NCBI GenBank assembly: GCA_020831775.1
Contig: JAFIFZ010000031.1
Span: forward strand, 449 to 64,448
Direction of reading: 5' to 3'
DNA from: Phycisphaerales bacterium
Lineage (GTDB): Bacteria; Planctomycetota; Phycisphaerae; Phycisphaerales; UBA1924
DNA: 64,000 nt
The notes beneath the pieces are model-generated. The model saw nothing but the letters and a program-made list of their open reading frames with translations. It did not search any database and was not told the DNA's origin. Of the stretch, positions 8,158-18,454 are shown one piece after another; within the stretch, counting starts at the first letter, position 1, and each line of letters opens with the position of its first letter. Made by a program: the position numbers and the translations under genes.

Positions 8158-9882
8158 ATGGCCAAACGCAACGGCAAGCTCAGAAAAGGCGCTAACGACT
8201 CCGGCCGCACGCCCGCCGGGGCGCTCGTCGCTGCGCCCGCCGGGCCCAGGCCCGACGAGCTCGCCCGCGTCGCCAAGCTCCTGGGCCCCCTGGGCATGGA
8301 CGCCGAGCGGCTCAAGCAGTTCCGCCTCGCCCCCGGATCTGACACCGAGCCTTGGGATGTGCTGCTGCAGGTGCTCGCGATGGACGAGCACCGGGCGCTG
8401 GAGCTTCTGGCCGAGCGGACGGGCCTCGAATTCGTCGCCGAACCGAGGCCGGGCGAGTCCTCAAGCCGCTTCTACGAGCTGATCCCCGCCGACGCGGCCC
8501 GCGAGCACCATGTCGGGGGCATCGAGAGCGACGGGCGAACGATGACCATCGCGACGGCCCGCCCCCTCCAGCCCGCCGTCTTCTCGCTGATCGAAGAACG
8601 CCTCGACATGCCGCTGCGCGTGGTGCTCAGCCCTCGCGCCGCGGTCGCCAACCTCATCAACCGTGGGTACGAGCAGCGGGGCGACCTCGTCACCGAGATC
8701 GTCGAGGAGATGCCCCTCGACGAGTCGGCGATCCAGACAGCCGCAGGCTCGATCGGCGCCGGCAACGACCTGCTCGCTCTGGCCCGCCAGACGCCGGTCA
8801 TCCGCCTGGTGAACATGATCCTCTTCGAGGCGCTGCGCAGGCGAGCCAGCGACATCCATGTCCATCCGCAGGAGAACCGGCTGGTCATCCGCTTCCGCAT
8901 CGACGGGATGCTGATCGACGCGTTCACGCCGCCGATTTCGCTCGCCCCGGCCATCAGCTCACGCCTGAAGGTCATGACCGAGCTGGACATCGCCAACCGC
9001 CACGCCCCCCAGGACGGCCAGACCACCGTCCGCATCGGCCAGAAGAAGATCGACATCCGCCTGTCGGTCATCCCCACGATCTACGGCGAGCGCATCGTCC
9101 TCCGCCTGCTCGACCAGACACAGACCGAGCTCGACCTCGACGCCGTGGGCATGTCCAAACGCCTCCAGGGCGCGCTGATGGACATGATCGAGCGACCCAA
9201 CGGGATGGGGCTGGTCACGGGCCCCACCGGCTCGGGAAAGACCACGACGCTGTACGCGGCCCTCGGCCGCATCGACCGCGCCAGCCGCAATGTAATGACG
9301 ATCGAAGACCCGGTCGAGTACCGCCTGCAGGGCATCAGCCAGATGCAGGTGAACCCGAAGCGGAATGTGACCTTCGCGACCGGGCTTCGCGCCCTGCTCC
9401 GCCAGGACCCCGATGTGATCCTCGTCGGCGAGGTCCGCGACCAAGAGACCGCCTCATTGGCAATCCAGGCATCTCTGACGGGCCACCTCGTGCTCGCCAC
9501 GCTGCACACCAACGACGCGCCCAGCGCCATCCCGCGACTGATCGACATCGGCGTCGAGCCGTTCCTCGTCACCAGCTCGCTGCTGGGCGTGCTCGCCCAG
9601 CGCCTCGTCCGCAAGATCTGCCCCGGCTGCAACGGGCAGGGCACGGTCGACGGAACCCGCTGCGAGCAATGCTTCGGCCTCTGCTACCGCGGACGCCTCG
9701 CCGTCCACGAACTCCTCGTGATCTCCGACGAGCTCCGCGAGATGATCGGCACCCGCACCGATGGCGTGCGGCTGAAGAACCTCGCGGTCGACCAAGGCTT
9801 CAAGACCATGCGCGACGACGCGATGGAAAAGGTCGCCGCCGGCCTGACCGACCAGGCCGAAGTCTTCCGCGTCCTGCACTGA
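8158..9882 (+). CDS. gspE: Type II secretion / type IV pilus assembly ATPase (GspE/PilB family)
   Basis: Walker [11 protein letters not shown], Asp box and Walker B ([12 protein letters not shown]), His box ([13 protein letters not shown]), a tetracysteine zinc motif (CPGCNG...[12 protein letters not shown]) and an N-terminal T2SSE_N-like domain. It starts 6 nt after the secretin stop. Confidence 0.9.
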   Translation: MAKRNGKLRKGANDSGRTPAGALVAAPAGPRPDELARVAKLLGPLGMDAERLKQFRLAPGSDTEPWDVLLQVLAMDEHRALELLAERTGLEFVAEPRPGESSSRFYELIPADAAREHHVGGIESDGRTMTIATARPLQPAVFSLIEERLDMPLRVVLSPRAAVANLINRGYEQRGDLVTEIVEEMPLDESAIQTAAGSIGAGNDLLALARQTPVIRLVNMILFEALRRRASDIHVHPQENRLVIRFRIDGMLIDAFTPPISLAPAISSRLKVMTELDIANRHAPQDGQTTVRIGQKKIDIRLSVIPTIYGERIVLRLLDQTQTELDLDAVGMSKRLQGALMDMIERPNGMGLVTGPTGSGKTTTLYAALGRIDRASRNVMTIEDPVEYRLQGISQMQVNPKRNVTFATGLRALLRQDPDVILVGEVRDQETASLAIQASLTGHLVLATLHTNDAPSAIPRLIDIGVEPFLVTSSLLGVLAQRLVRKICPGCNGQGTVDGTRCEQCFGLCYRGRLAVHELLVISDELREMIGTRTDGVRLKNLAVDQGFKTMRDDAMEKVAAGLTDQAEVFRVLH

Positions 9883-9931
9883 TCCGCGGACCCCTAGCCA
9901 CCGGCCACCTTTGGAGTTCAACGAAACACGA

Positions 9932-10193
9932 GCTCCGAAGGAGCGCCGGATCCTTGCCACGGGTGGAGCGGAGCGCGATGCGCAGCATCGAGCGAAGCGG
10001 AACCCGTGGAAAGCGCCGCTTTTCAGCCGAGCTCTGAAGGAGCGAAGGAACGGATCTCGCCCTTGCCGTTGCGCGATCAAAGGCTCGGCATTCCTCCGCC
10101 CTTTCAGGGCGGATCCCTTTTGATTGCTAACCACGGGCTTGCTCGGCTGCGCCTCGCCGCGCCCGTGGCAAAGTTCGTCCGCTCCTTCGGAGC
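9932..10193. repeat. Long-range imperfect inverted repeat (arms about 9932..9967 and 10160..10193) with a third internal partial copy at 10031..10044
   Basis: The left arm gctccgaaggagcgccggatccttgccacggg matches the reverse complement of the right arm, gctccgaaggagcggacgaactttgccacggg. That gives a perfect 14 nt block and a 10 nt block. The core gctccgaaggagc is itself a small hairpin. It lies in the 420 bp gap between convergent genes. Confidence 0.45.
10096..10121 (+). terminator. Possible intrinsic terminator downstream of the ATPase gene
   Basis: A 7 bp stem ccgccct/agggcgg with loop ttc, followed by atcccttttg. The U-tract is weak and it sits about 210 nt after the stop codon. Confidence 0.3.
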
Positions 10194-10225
10194 GAGAAGA
10201 GACGGCCGCGGCCAAACTCATCAGT

Positions 10226-10258
10226 GAAAGAAAAACACTGGCGGATAAGCCGCCAGTG
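10226..10258 (-). terminator. Intrinsic terminator of the M1 peptidase gene
   Basis: On the minus strand there is a perfect 9 bp stem cactggcgg/ccgccagtg with a 5 nt loop, immediately followed by tttttctttc. It lies about 45 nt downstream of the stop at 10303. Confidence 0.6.
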
Positions 10259-10302
10259 CCACAGATCGCTCGGCGATCGATTGTCTCTGAAGATCTTTCG
10301 GA

Positions 10303-12474
10303 CTACCGCCGGCGCCGGCTCCCGGCGCGGCGTTCCTCGCGCGGCCAGACATCGTTGCTCGCGTCGACATCGGCGAGGATGCCACGCGGGTCCAGACGCA
10401 CGCCAACGACACGCCGCCCGTCGGTGCGGACTCGCGCCGTCGCGGCGTCGGCGTTGCGCCAGATGTAGACCGGCACGCGATGGATCATCGACGAGCCGTC
10501 TTCGAACGAGAGCTCCATCTCGACGGGCATCACCAGCTCGCCCCGGTTCTCCAGCTTGATGTTGGCCGCCAGGATCCGGCCGTTCTCGTTGTCGCCCTCG
10601 TATTCGTGCTCGATACCGACGACCGCCTGGTCCAGCACGCCGTTCTCGTAGAACCACCCGCGCCAGAACCACGACAGATCCTCGCCGGCGCCGTCCTCCA
10701 TCATGCGGAAGAAGTCCGCGGGCTGGGGGCTTTTGAACGCCCAGGCGTTGATGAACGCGATGAACGCGTCATCGAACCGGTCCGGCCCGAGCACGAACTC
10801 GCGGAGCTGGTAGAGCGCGATCGCCGGCTTGGCGTACATCAGGTAGCCCAGCATCCCCGGGTGCACCAGGTCGGGGTAGGTCATCGAGGGCTGGCCGATC
10901 GGCTCGTTTTCGAGCATCTGGCGGGCGAAGGCGCGCGGGTTGCCCCGGCGCGGCTCTTCGTCGGGGTAACGCTCCAGGTTGGAGTAGATGTTGATGAAGC
11001 TCGTCAGCCCCTCGTCGAACCACATGTGCCGACGCTCGTCTGAGTTCACAACCATCGGGAACCAGTTGTGGCCTATCTCGTGCGTTGTGAGCCCGTAGAG
11101 CCCCCGCTCGCTCTGCCTGTTGCGGCTGAACAGGATCATCGGGTACTCCATCCCGCGCACACGCCCGGACACATTGATCGCGGTCGGATAGGGGTACTCG
11201 AACCAGCGACTGTTGTACCCCTCGATGGCGAAGCGGAGCATGTCCGTCGCCGTCTCCCAGACCGGCAGCGCCTCCTTGGGGTAGAGCGAGTGCGCCATCG
11301 TGCCCACGCTCGATCCCTGCACCGCCGAAGCGTCCCAGATGAACGCGTCGCTGGCGGTCCACGCGAACGAACGCACATCCTCCGCCTCGTACCGCCAGGT
11401 CAGCTCGCCATCGCCTGCGGGGCGGATCTCGGCCGACCCGACCTCGTCGGGCCCGACGATGATCACCGTTTCGGGGCCCTTGGACGCCTCGGCCAGCCGG
11501 TCGATCTGCGCCCGCGTCAGCACATCCTCGGGGTTCTGCAGGACGCCTGTCGCGCCGACGATGTAGCTCCGCGGCACCGTGATCTCGACCTCGTAACGCC
11601 CGAAGTCGGTGTAGAACTCGCCCGTGCCGACATACGGCATCGTGTTCCACCCGTTCACATCGTCGTACTTGACGGGCGTGGGGAACCACTGCGCAAGCTG
11701 GAAGATCGTGCCCTGCTCGACATCCTCGATGCCGAGCCGGTCGGCGCCGTAGCCGGGGATGTCGAACGCCCACTCCAGCCGGATCGAAACGCTCTCGCCC
11801 GGCTCGAGCGCCTTGGGCAGATCCAGCTTGCCCAGGGCGTCGTAGACCTTGAACGCGTCGTACAGCGTCATCCAGCCGGCACTCGTCCGTGATCGCTCGC
11901 CATCGTCGAGCATCATCTGCGCACCGATACTCACAGACTCGATCTCGTACCCGCCATCGAACCCGTCCTCGCTGGAGAACCGCGTGCCCGGAGGCGTCAT
12001 GCGCGTCCCGCGGCTGTCGCTCCGGAACAGGTTCTGCTCAAGGTGCAGCCAGATGTAGTCCAGTGTGTGGGGCGAGTGGTTGTGGTAGGTGATGGTCTGC
12101 GTCGCCTCGACCCGGCGCGCCTCGGTGTCGAGCCTGACGCGGATCGAGTGGTCGGCGCGGTTCTGCCAGTACGCCGGACCGGGTCGCCCGGAGGCCAAAC
12201 GAACCTCCGTCGGCGTCGGCCAGCTCAGTGGCGAAAAGACCGTTGCCGAGGGCCTCGCCTCCAGAGCGCGCAGGCGGGAGAGATCACGCCCCTCCGACGC
12301 GTCCCCGGACTCGGCGTTCTGAGCCCCAGCACTCTGAGTGCCCTCAGCGCCGGACTGCACCAGGTTCGTCTCGCCCTCGCCCCCCGCGGCGCACCCCATC
12401 GCGAACAACACCGACGCCGCCAGACCGCCAAAGGCCAAAGAGCGAACGCCCGCACACGGGAGCCTTTTTCTCAT
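10303..12474 (-). CDS. M1-family zinc metallopeptidase (aminopeptidase N-like), probable lipoprotein
   Basis: GMEYPMI exopeptidase-like motif, HEIGHNWF zinc motif and downstream WFDEGLTSF (HExxH-x18-E). The N-terminus MRKRLPCAGVRSLAFGGLAASVLFAMGCAAG has a lipobox-like AMGC. The start is ATG 12472..12474 with GGAGA upstream. Confidence 0.85.
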   Translation of the reverse strand: MRKRLPCAGVRSLAFGGLAASVLFAMGCAAGGEGETNLVQSGAEGTQSAGAQNAESGDASEGRDLSRLRALEARPSATVFSPLSWPTPTEVRLASGRPGPAYWQNRADHSIRVRLDTEARRVEATQTITYHNHSPHTLDYIWLHLEQNLFRSDSRGTRMTPPGTRFSSEDGFDGGYEIESVSIGAQMMLDDGERSRTSAGWMTLYDAFKVYDALGKLDLPKALEPGESVSIRLEWAFDIPGYGADRLGIEDVEQGTIFQLAQWFPTPVKYDDVNGWNTMPYVGTGEFYTDFGRYEVEITVPRSYIVGATGVLQNPEDVLTRAQIDRLAEASKGPETVIIVGPDEVGSAEIRPAGDGELTWRYEAEDVRSFAWTASDAFIWDASAVQGSSVGTMAHSLYPKEALPVWETATDMLRFAIEGYNSRWFEYPYPTAINVSGRVRGMEYPMILFSRNRQSERGLYGLTTHEIGHNWFPMVVNSDERRHMWFDEGLTSFINIYSNLERYPDEEPRRGNPRAFARQMLENEPIGQPSMTYPDLVHPGMLGYLMYAKPAIALYQLREFVLGPDRFDDAFIAFINAWAFKSPQPADFFRMMEDGAGEDLSWFWRGWFYENGVLDQAVVGIEHEYEGDNENGRILAANIKLENRGELVMPVEMELSFEDGSSMIHRVPVYIWRNADAATARVRTDGRRVVGVRLDPRGILADVDASNDVWPREERRAGSRRRR

Positions 12475-12549
12475 CTGATTCTCCATGAATCTCGTAGTTG
12501 TGCTGACCAAGAGGTTCCCATGCTACCGGATGCGGAGTAGATTGCCCAC

Positions 12550-12840
12550 ATGCCCTGCCTCATCGCCCTGCTCGCCCTGCTGACGCCCCGCCTGGTCATC
12601 GTCCTGCTGGCCCTCTTCTCGACCTACCTCTCCAGCGCGTACGAGACGCTGATCTGGCCCCTGCTCGGGTTTTTCTTCATGCCATTCCTGACCCTCGGGT
12701 ACGCCGCGGCGGTCAATGAAGGGGGCGGGGTCAAGGGCCTCTGGCTCGCGGTGGTCATCATCGCGGTCCTGATGGATCTCAGCGGCGGCCCCGCCGCCAC
12801 CCACCAGACAGTCGTCTACCGGAGAAGCCGACGCGTCTGA
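12550..12840 (+). CDS. Small hydrophobic membrane protein (about 3 TM), function unknown
   Basis: The 96 aa ORF contains three hydrophobic stretches (LIALLALLTPRLVIVLLALF, LIWPLLGFFFMPFLTLGY, LWLAVVIIAVLM). I recognised no family. Confidence 0.5.
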   Translation: MPCLIALLALLTPRLVIVLLALFSTYLSSAYETLIWPLLGFFFMPFLTLGYAAAVNEGGGVKGLWLAVVIIAVLMDLSGGPAATHQTVVYRRSRRV

Positions 12841-12921
12841 AGCCGGATCCGGATCGACACCCCGCCGCCGCGCTAAACTCGACAGGGGAACACACCATTT
12901 GTTCCGCCGGAGTGTTGCGGC

Positions 12922-13530
12922 ATGAAGTGCGCCTGCGGCAAAAACGAAGCCACCATCCACGAGATCGTGGTGGTCAACGGCATCGTGCAGGAAAAGCACC
13001 TCTGCCCAGAGTGCGCCGAGTCCGAGGGCATCAGCCCCGACCCCCACGCCAACATCGCCTCGCTCCTGGCCAAGCACGCCCAACCCTCCCCCGCCGGCCC
13101 CTCGCTGTCCGGGCCAGTCGCCCCGCGCCGCCCGCCATCGGTCCGCTCGGTCCGCTGCTCGGCCTGCGGGACGACCTTCTCGCAGTTCAAGAACGAGGGG
13201 CTGCTCGGCTGCGCAGACTGCTACAAGGCCTTCGAGTTCCCCCTCGGACCGCTGCTCGAACGCGCCCACGACGGCGCCACCCACCATGTCGGCAAAATCC
13301 CCCGCAGGGCGCTGGCCGCCTCCCGGGGGGGCGACCTGCCCATCGAGGCCCTGCTCGGCAGCCTGGAAGAACGGGCCGAGCGGCTCGCCACCCTCCGCAA
13401 GCAGATCGCCGAAGCCGTCGCCGCCGAACACTACGAACGGGCCGCACGCCTCCGCGACGAGCTCCGCGCGCTCGGCAGCGCTCCCTCGTCGCCCGGGGCC
13501 GACCTCCCCGAGGATCGGCCCGAAGCATGA
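12922..13530 (+). CDS. mcsA: McsA-like activator of protein arginine kinase (zinc-finger plus UVR domain protein)
   Basis: Two CxxC pairs (CACG...CPEC; CSACG...CADCY), then HVGK and a C-terminal UVR-like EHYERAARLRDEL. The stop overlaps the next start (ATGA at 13527..13530). Confidence 0.8.
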   Translation: MKCACGKNEATIHEIVVVNGIVQEKHLCPECAESEGISPDPHANIASLLAKHAQPSPAGPSLSGPVAPRRPPSVRSVRCSACGTTFSQFKNEGLLGCADCYKAFEFPLGPLLERAHDGATHHVGKIPRRALAASRGGDLPIEALLGSLEERAERLATLRKQIAEAVAAEHYERAARLRDELRALGSAPSSPGADLPEDRPEA

Positions 13531-14693
13531 ACGAAAAGCCCCGCCAGCCCGCCGAGCCGGACCCCAACCAGCCGGGCCAGACCGCCCTGGAGTTGATCAA
13601 CACCGGCGCCGAGTGGCTCAGGGGCACCGGCCGAGCCTGCGATGTCGTCGTCTCCTCCCGCGTCCGGCTGGCAAGGAATCTCGCGGGCTTCCCCTTCATG
13701 CCCAGGGCATCCCGCGTCGACCGCCAGCAGATCGTCGACCTCTGCCACCACAAGCTGGTCGAGGCGGAGCTGGCCGATCGCCTCCTCTGGATCGACCTCC
13801 GCGAGGTCTCGCGCCTGGACCGCAATCTGTTGGTTGAACGACATCTGATCTCCCAGGCCCACGCCCGCGGCAAGATCGGCAACCACAGCGTCACCGGCGG
13901 GCGCACAGGCGAGGACGAGCCCCGCGCCGTCGCCGTCGGCCTCCCGGGCGAACGCCTGAGCATCATGGTCAATGAGGAGGACCACCTCCGGATCCAGGTC
14001 GTCAAGTCCGGCTTCGCCCTCGCCGAGGCCCTAACCGAGATCGACACCATCGACGACCGCATCGAGGCCCGCGCCGATTACGCCTTCCACCCGAGGTTCG
14101 GCTACCTGACCGCCTGCCCGACCAATGTCGGGACGGGCATCCGCTTCGGCGTCATGCTCCACCTCCCAGCCCTCAAGCTCACAGGCGACATCGAGAAGGT
14201 CACACGCGCCGCCAACGACATGTCGCTGGCCGTCCGCGGGTTCTACGGCGAGGGATCAGAACCCCTCGGCGATTTCTTCCAGATCTCCAATCAGACCACG
14301 CTGGGCAAGTCCGAGCGGGTGCTGCTGCACGACCTCGAACACGAGATCATCCCGAAGGTCATCGAGTACGAGCGGGTCAGCCGTCGGCAGCTCATCGAGC
14401 GCCGAGGCGAGGCGATCGCCGACCAGGTCCACCGGGCCATGGGTGTGCTGACCCACGCCCGCCTGCTCGCGACCGACGAGGCGACCCGCCTGCTCAGCCA
14501 GCTCCGGCTCGGCGTCGCGATGGGGCTGATCGAGAAGGTCGACCAGCAGGTGGTGCACAACCTGATGCTGCTGGTCCAGCCCGCCCACCTCCAGCGGGCC
14601 TCGGGCCGGAACATGACCCAGGCCGAACGCCGCGTCGCCAGGGCGAAACTGGTCCGAAACCGCCTGACCGAGGCGATGACCCGCCGGGCCTGA
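13527..14693 (+). CDS. mcsB: Protein arginine kinase McsB (ATP:guanido phosphotransferase family)
   Basis: Phosphagen-kinase-like core: VVSSRVRLARNLAGFPF, NEEDHLRIQ, FGYLTACPTNVGTGIRFGVMLHLPAL, SNQTTLG. The frame matches the tail of the 12912..14693 track ORF. The start is MNEKPRQ at 13527. Confidence 0.85.
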   Translation: MNEKPRQPAEPDPNQPGQTALELINTGAEWLRGTGRACDVVVSSRVRLARNLAGFPFMPRASRVDRQQIVDLCHHKLVEAELADRLLWIDLREVSRLDRNLLVERHLISQAHARGKIGNHSVTGGRTGEDEPRAVAVGLPGERLSIMVNEEDHLRIQVVKSGFALAEALTEIDTIDDRIEARADYAFHPRFGYLTACPTNVGTGIRFGVMLHLPALKLTGDIEKVTRAANDMSLAVRGFYGEGSEPLGDFFQISNQTTLGKSERVLLHDLEHEIIPKVIEYERVSRRQLIERRGEAIADQVHRAMGVLTHARLLATDEATRLLSQLRLGVAMGLIEKVDQQVVHNLMLLVQPAHLQRASGRNMTQAERRVARAKLVRNRLTEAMTRRA

Positions 14694-14739
14694 GCAGAGA
14701 TTGCTCTTTTGGGGCCGAGGCGATCTGCGGGGACGAGGG

Positions 14740-15648
14740 ATGATCCGGGACGAGAATCAAGCCGAACCACGATCAGCACAGGATGCCGCGGGCAAGTTTG
14801 TCTGGCCCCCGGGCCCGCCGGACTTGGACGCCGGGCCGCCCGTGCTCGTGGGCGAGAGGCCGGCCCGGGGTCGGGCGCGGGCCGCGGCGATCGAGGTCGA
14901 GCGGGTCTGGCTCGGGCTGACCCGGCCTCCAATGGCCGACAGGATGCTCGAAGCCGGCTGGCTGCCCGACAGCCCGGACCAGTACTGCCCCCGCTGCGGC
15001 GAGGACGCCGGACCGTTCGAGGCCGATTTCGACGGCTGCCCCGCCTGCCGCAGCAAGCGCCTGGCGTGGGATGTCGCCGTGCGGCTTGGGTGCTACGACG
15101 GGCTGCTTCGTGAGATGATTCTCGAGTTCAAGCACGGGCCCTGGCGTCGGCTGGGGCAGGATCTGGGGCGATTGTTGGGCGTGGCGGTCGCCGATCGGCT
15201 GCGGCTGATGCGGATCGACCCCGCCCGGGTGATCGTGACGCCCGTTCCAACAACGACCCGCAGGCGGCTCTCACGGGGCGTCGACCACACGCTCGTGCTC
15301 GCCAGGGAGGTTTCGCGGGCGACGGGGTGCAGGCTGGTGCGGGCGGTCGGGCGTCAACACGGGCCGCCCCAGTCGAGGCTGCCGATGTCGGCCCGCAAGG
15401 GCAATGTCGCGGGGGTGTTTCGGGCGCGGGGGGCTGCGGCGAGGCTCGGGCCCGAGCGGGTGGTGGTCGTGGTCGACGATGTGCGGACGACCGGGGCGAC
15501 GATGACGGGGGTTTGCAGGACGCTGGGAGGCGGGCGTCGGGCGGGCGCCGTCTGCTGGGCCGCGACGCTCGGGGTGGCCTCCAGCGAGGGGTCTGGGAGT
15601 GGCCGGAGCGGTTCGGGGGCGGCGAACTCGGGGGCAGGAAGTGCGTAA
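14740..15648 (+). CDS. ComF-family protein (phosphoribosyltransferase domain with N-terminal zinc ribbon)
   Basis: CPRCGE...CPACR zinc ribbon, a PRTase signature VVVVDDVRTTGATM, and YDGLLREMILEFKH typical of ComFC. The start is uncertain: ATG 14740 is preferred over TTG 14701. Confidence 0.75.
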   Translation: MIRDENQAEPRSAQDAAGKFVWPPGPPDLDAGPPVLVGERPARGRARAAAIEVERVWLGLTRPPMADRMLEAGWLPDSPDQYCPRCGEDAGPFEADFDGCPACRSKRLAWDVAVRLGCYDGLLREMILEFKHGPWRRLGQDLGRLLGVAVADRLRLMRIDPARVIVTPVPTTTRRRLSRGVDHTLVLAREVSRATGCRLVRAVGRQHGPPQSRLPMSARKGNVAGVFRARGAAARLGPERVVVVVDDVRTTGATMTGVCRTLGGGRRAGAVCWAATLGVASSEGSGSGRSGSGAANSGAGSA

Positions 15649-15704
15649 GTTGTTGACTGGGAGGGGTTTACGGCGCACGGGCTCAAAAATCTGTCCCGTT
15701 GAGT

Positions 15705-15732
15705 TTGACCCGATTGGGTCTCGGCGTAATAT
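15705..15732 (+). promoter_or_regulatory. Candidate sigma-70-type promoter of the 16S rRNA transcription unit
   Basis: TTGACC (15705..15710), a 16 nt spacer, then TAATAT (15727..15732). There is an A-rich stretch upstream (caaaaatc). It lies upstream of the distal processing-stem arm at 15812, as required. Confidence 0.35.
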
Positions 15733-15811
15733 CACCCCTGCCGCCTGACCGGGCGGCGTGTGGTTCCGACGGGGTGTTCATCGCCCAGCGGGGCCCAGAA
15801 CCTTGACAAGT

Positions 15812-15825
15812 AGGCAGTCGGGAAA
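15812..15825 (+). other. 5' arm of the distal 16S precursor processing helix
   Basis: aggcagtcgggaaa is the perfect reverse complement of tttcccgactgcct at 17784..17797 (14 bp). A second proximal helix, 16136..16143 aggaaatc with 17631..17638 gatttcct, abuts the mature 16S ends. Confidence 0.6.
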
Positions 15826-16143
15826 CATCGCGAGAGTGTGCGGTGGTGGAACCGTCCGTGCGACGGGGTTCGTACGCCGAACCATCCACCGCCGAAAAAT
15901 GGCGTGCACGGTCCTCACAGCGGGCCGTGCTGCTGACACTGTCGCGCGAATGAAAAGGAACCCCTTTTCCTTACAGAGTCAGCAAATCATCGGGCTAGCC
16001 GTCCGATGTGTCCCCGGGCTTGTCCCGGGGTCAGACCGGCCTCTTGCGCCTTCAGATCGGGCTTGCCCGGTGTGGGGGTCAAGGGGTTAACAGGGTCGTC
16101 TTCAACCGAAGCAAACCGGTCTTCGACCGGCGCATAGGAAATC

Positions 16144-17630
<1,487 letters not shown>

Positions 17631-17783
17631 GATTTCCTTAGACCCGGCCCGGCCGAAGCATCGGTGAACGATGTCACGCCACGCGGAGCGATCCGCACCG
17701 GGTACAAGTGAGCGCACTCTCGTCCGCCATCCCACCAGAGCAATCTGGGGCGGATAACCGTTCGGCAACGAACGACTAAAGAT

Positions 17784-17797
17784 TTTCCCGACTGCCT
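17784..17797 (+). other. 3' arm of the distal 16S precursor processing helix
   Basis: tttcccgactgcct is complementary to 15812..15825. Confidence 0.6.
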
Positions 17798-17807
17798 GCA
17801 TTTTAAA

Positions 17808-17843
17808 AGGCCTGTCCCTTACGGGATGGGCCTTTTTATTTTT
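17808..17843 (+). terminator. Intrinsic terminator ending the 16S transcription unit
   Basis: An 11 bp stem aggcctgtccc/gggatgggcct (including two G-U pairs), loop ttac, followed by tttttatttttg. Confidence 0.7.
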
Positions 17844-17905
17844 GTGGAATAGGGCGTGGGGCGCCCGCATTCGGCGGGCGAGGGGGTCGAGCAGGCGAAA
17901 AGCCG

Positions 17906-18229
17906 TCAGAGGTCGTCCTGTGGCTCGAAAGTCGGGAACGGGGCGTCCATCCCCTCCACTGCCGCTGGGGCGAGGTATTCGCAGACATCGTCGAACCTCG
18001 CCCACATCGCCAGCACCTCGGGGTCGCTGTGGGCCCGGTCGATCGCCTCGGGGCTGACCCACTCAGAGAGCTCGAACAGCGTGCCGTCGGCGGCCTTGAG
18101 GACCAGGTGATCCCGATCGGTCAGGTAGCCGAGGCGGCGCATGATCGGCGGGCGCTCGCGGATCAACGCCCGGAGCTCCTCCTCCCGCCCCGACCTGGGA
18201 CGGTACACGGCCATGCTGATGACACCCAT
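17906..18229 (-). CDS. Small conserved-looking hypothetical protein (possibly ABM/dimeric alpha-beta-barrel-like)
   Basis: The ORF reads ...MAVYRPRSGREEELRALIRERPPIMRRLGYLTDRDHLVLKAADGTLFELSEWVSPEAIDRAHSDPEVLAMW. The pattern resembles antibiotic-biosynthesis-monooxygenase-fold proteins. The start is ambiguous (18274, 18229 or 18214). Confidence 0.5.
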   Translation of the reverse strand: MGVISMAVYRPRSGREEELRALIRERPPIMRRLGYLTDRDHLVLKAADGTLFELSEWVSPEAIDRAHSDPEVLAMWARFDDVCEYLAPAAVEGMDAPFPTFEPQDDL

Positions 18230-18454
18230 GGCGGCATCATACAGGATACCTGGATGTGCTTTTGCGCCTCGCATCCGATTCGATCATCCCTCGCCAGCTC
18301 TTCCGCCAGGGTGAGACGCCCGGGCCACGGTCTATTGAGGGAATCCGACCGGTCAGAGCGATCGGGCGAGCACTGCGCCGCATGGATCCGCGTGACAGCC
18401 GCTGCTCTCATCCGTTCGTAGCGCTGACGGTGATCTAGCTATCCTGTCGGGCAC

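Noticed and set aside
15803-15808. A perfect TTGACA hexamer upstream of the 16S, as a possible -35 element.
   Set aside because: There is no acceptable -10 at 16-18 nt (catcgc). A transcript starting there would also lack the 5' arm of the 14 bp processing helix (15812..15825), which begins only 4 nt downstream of the hexamer.
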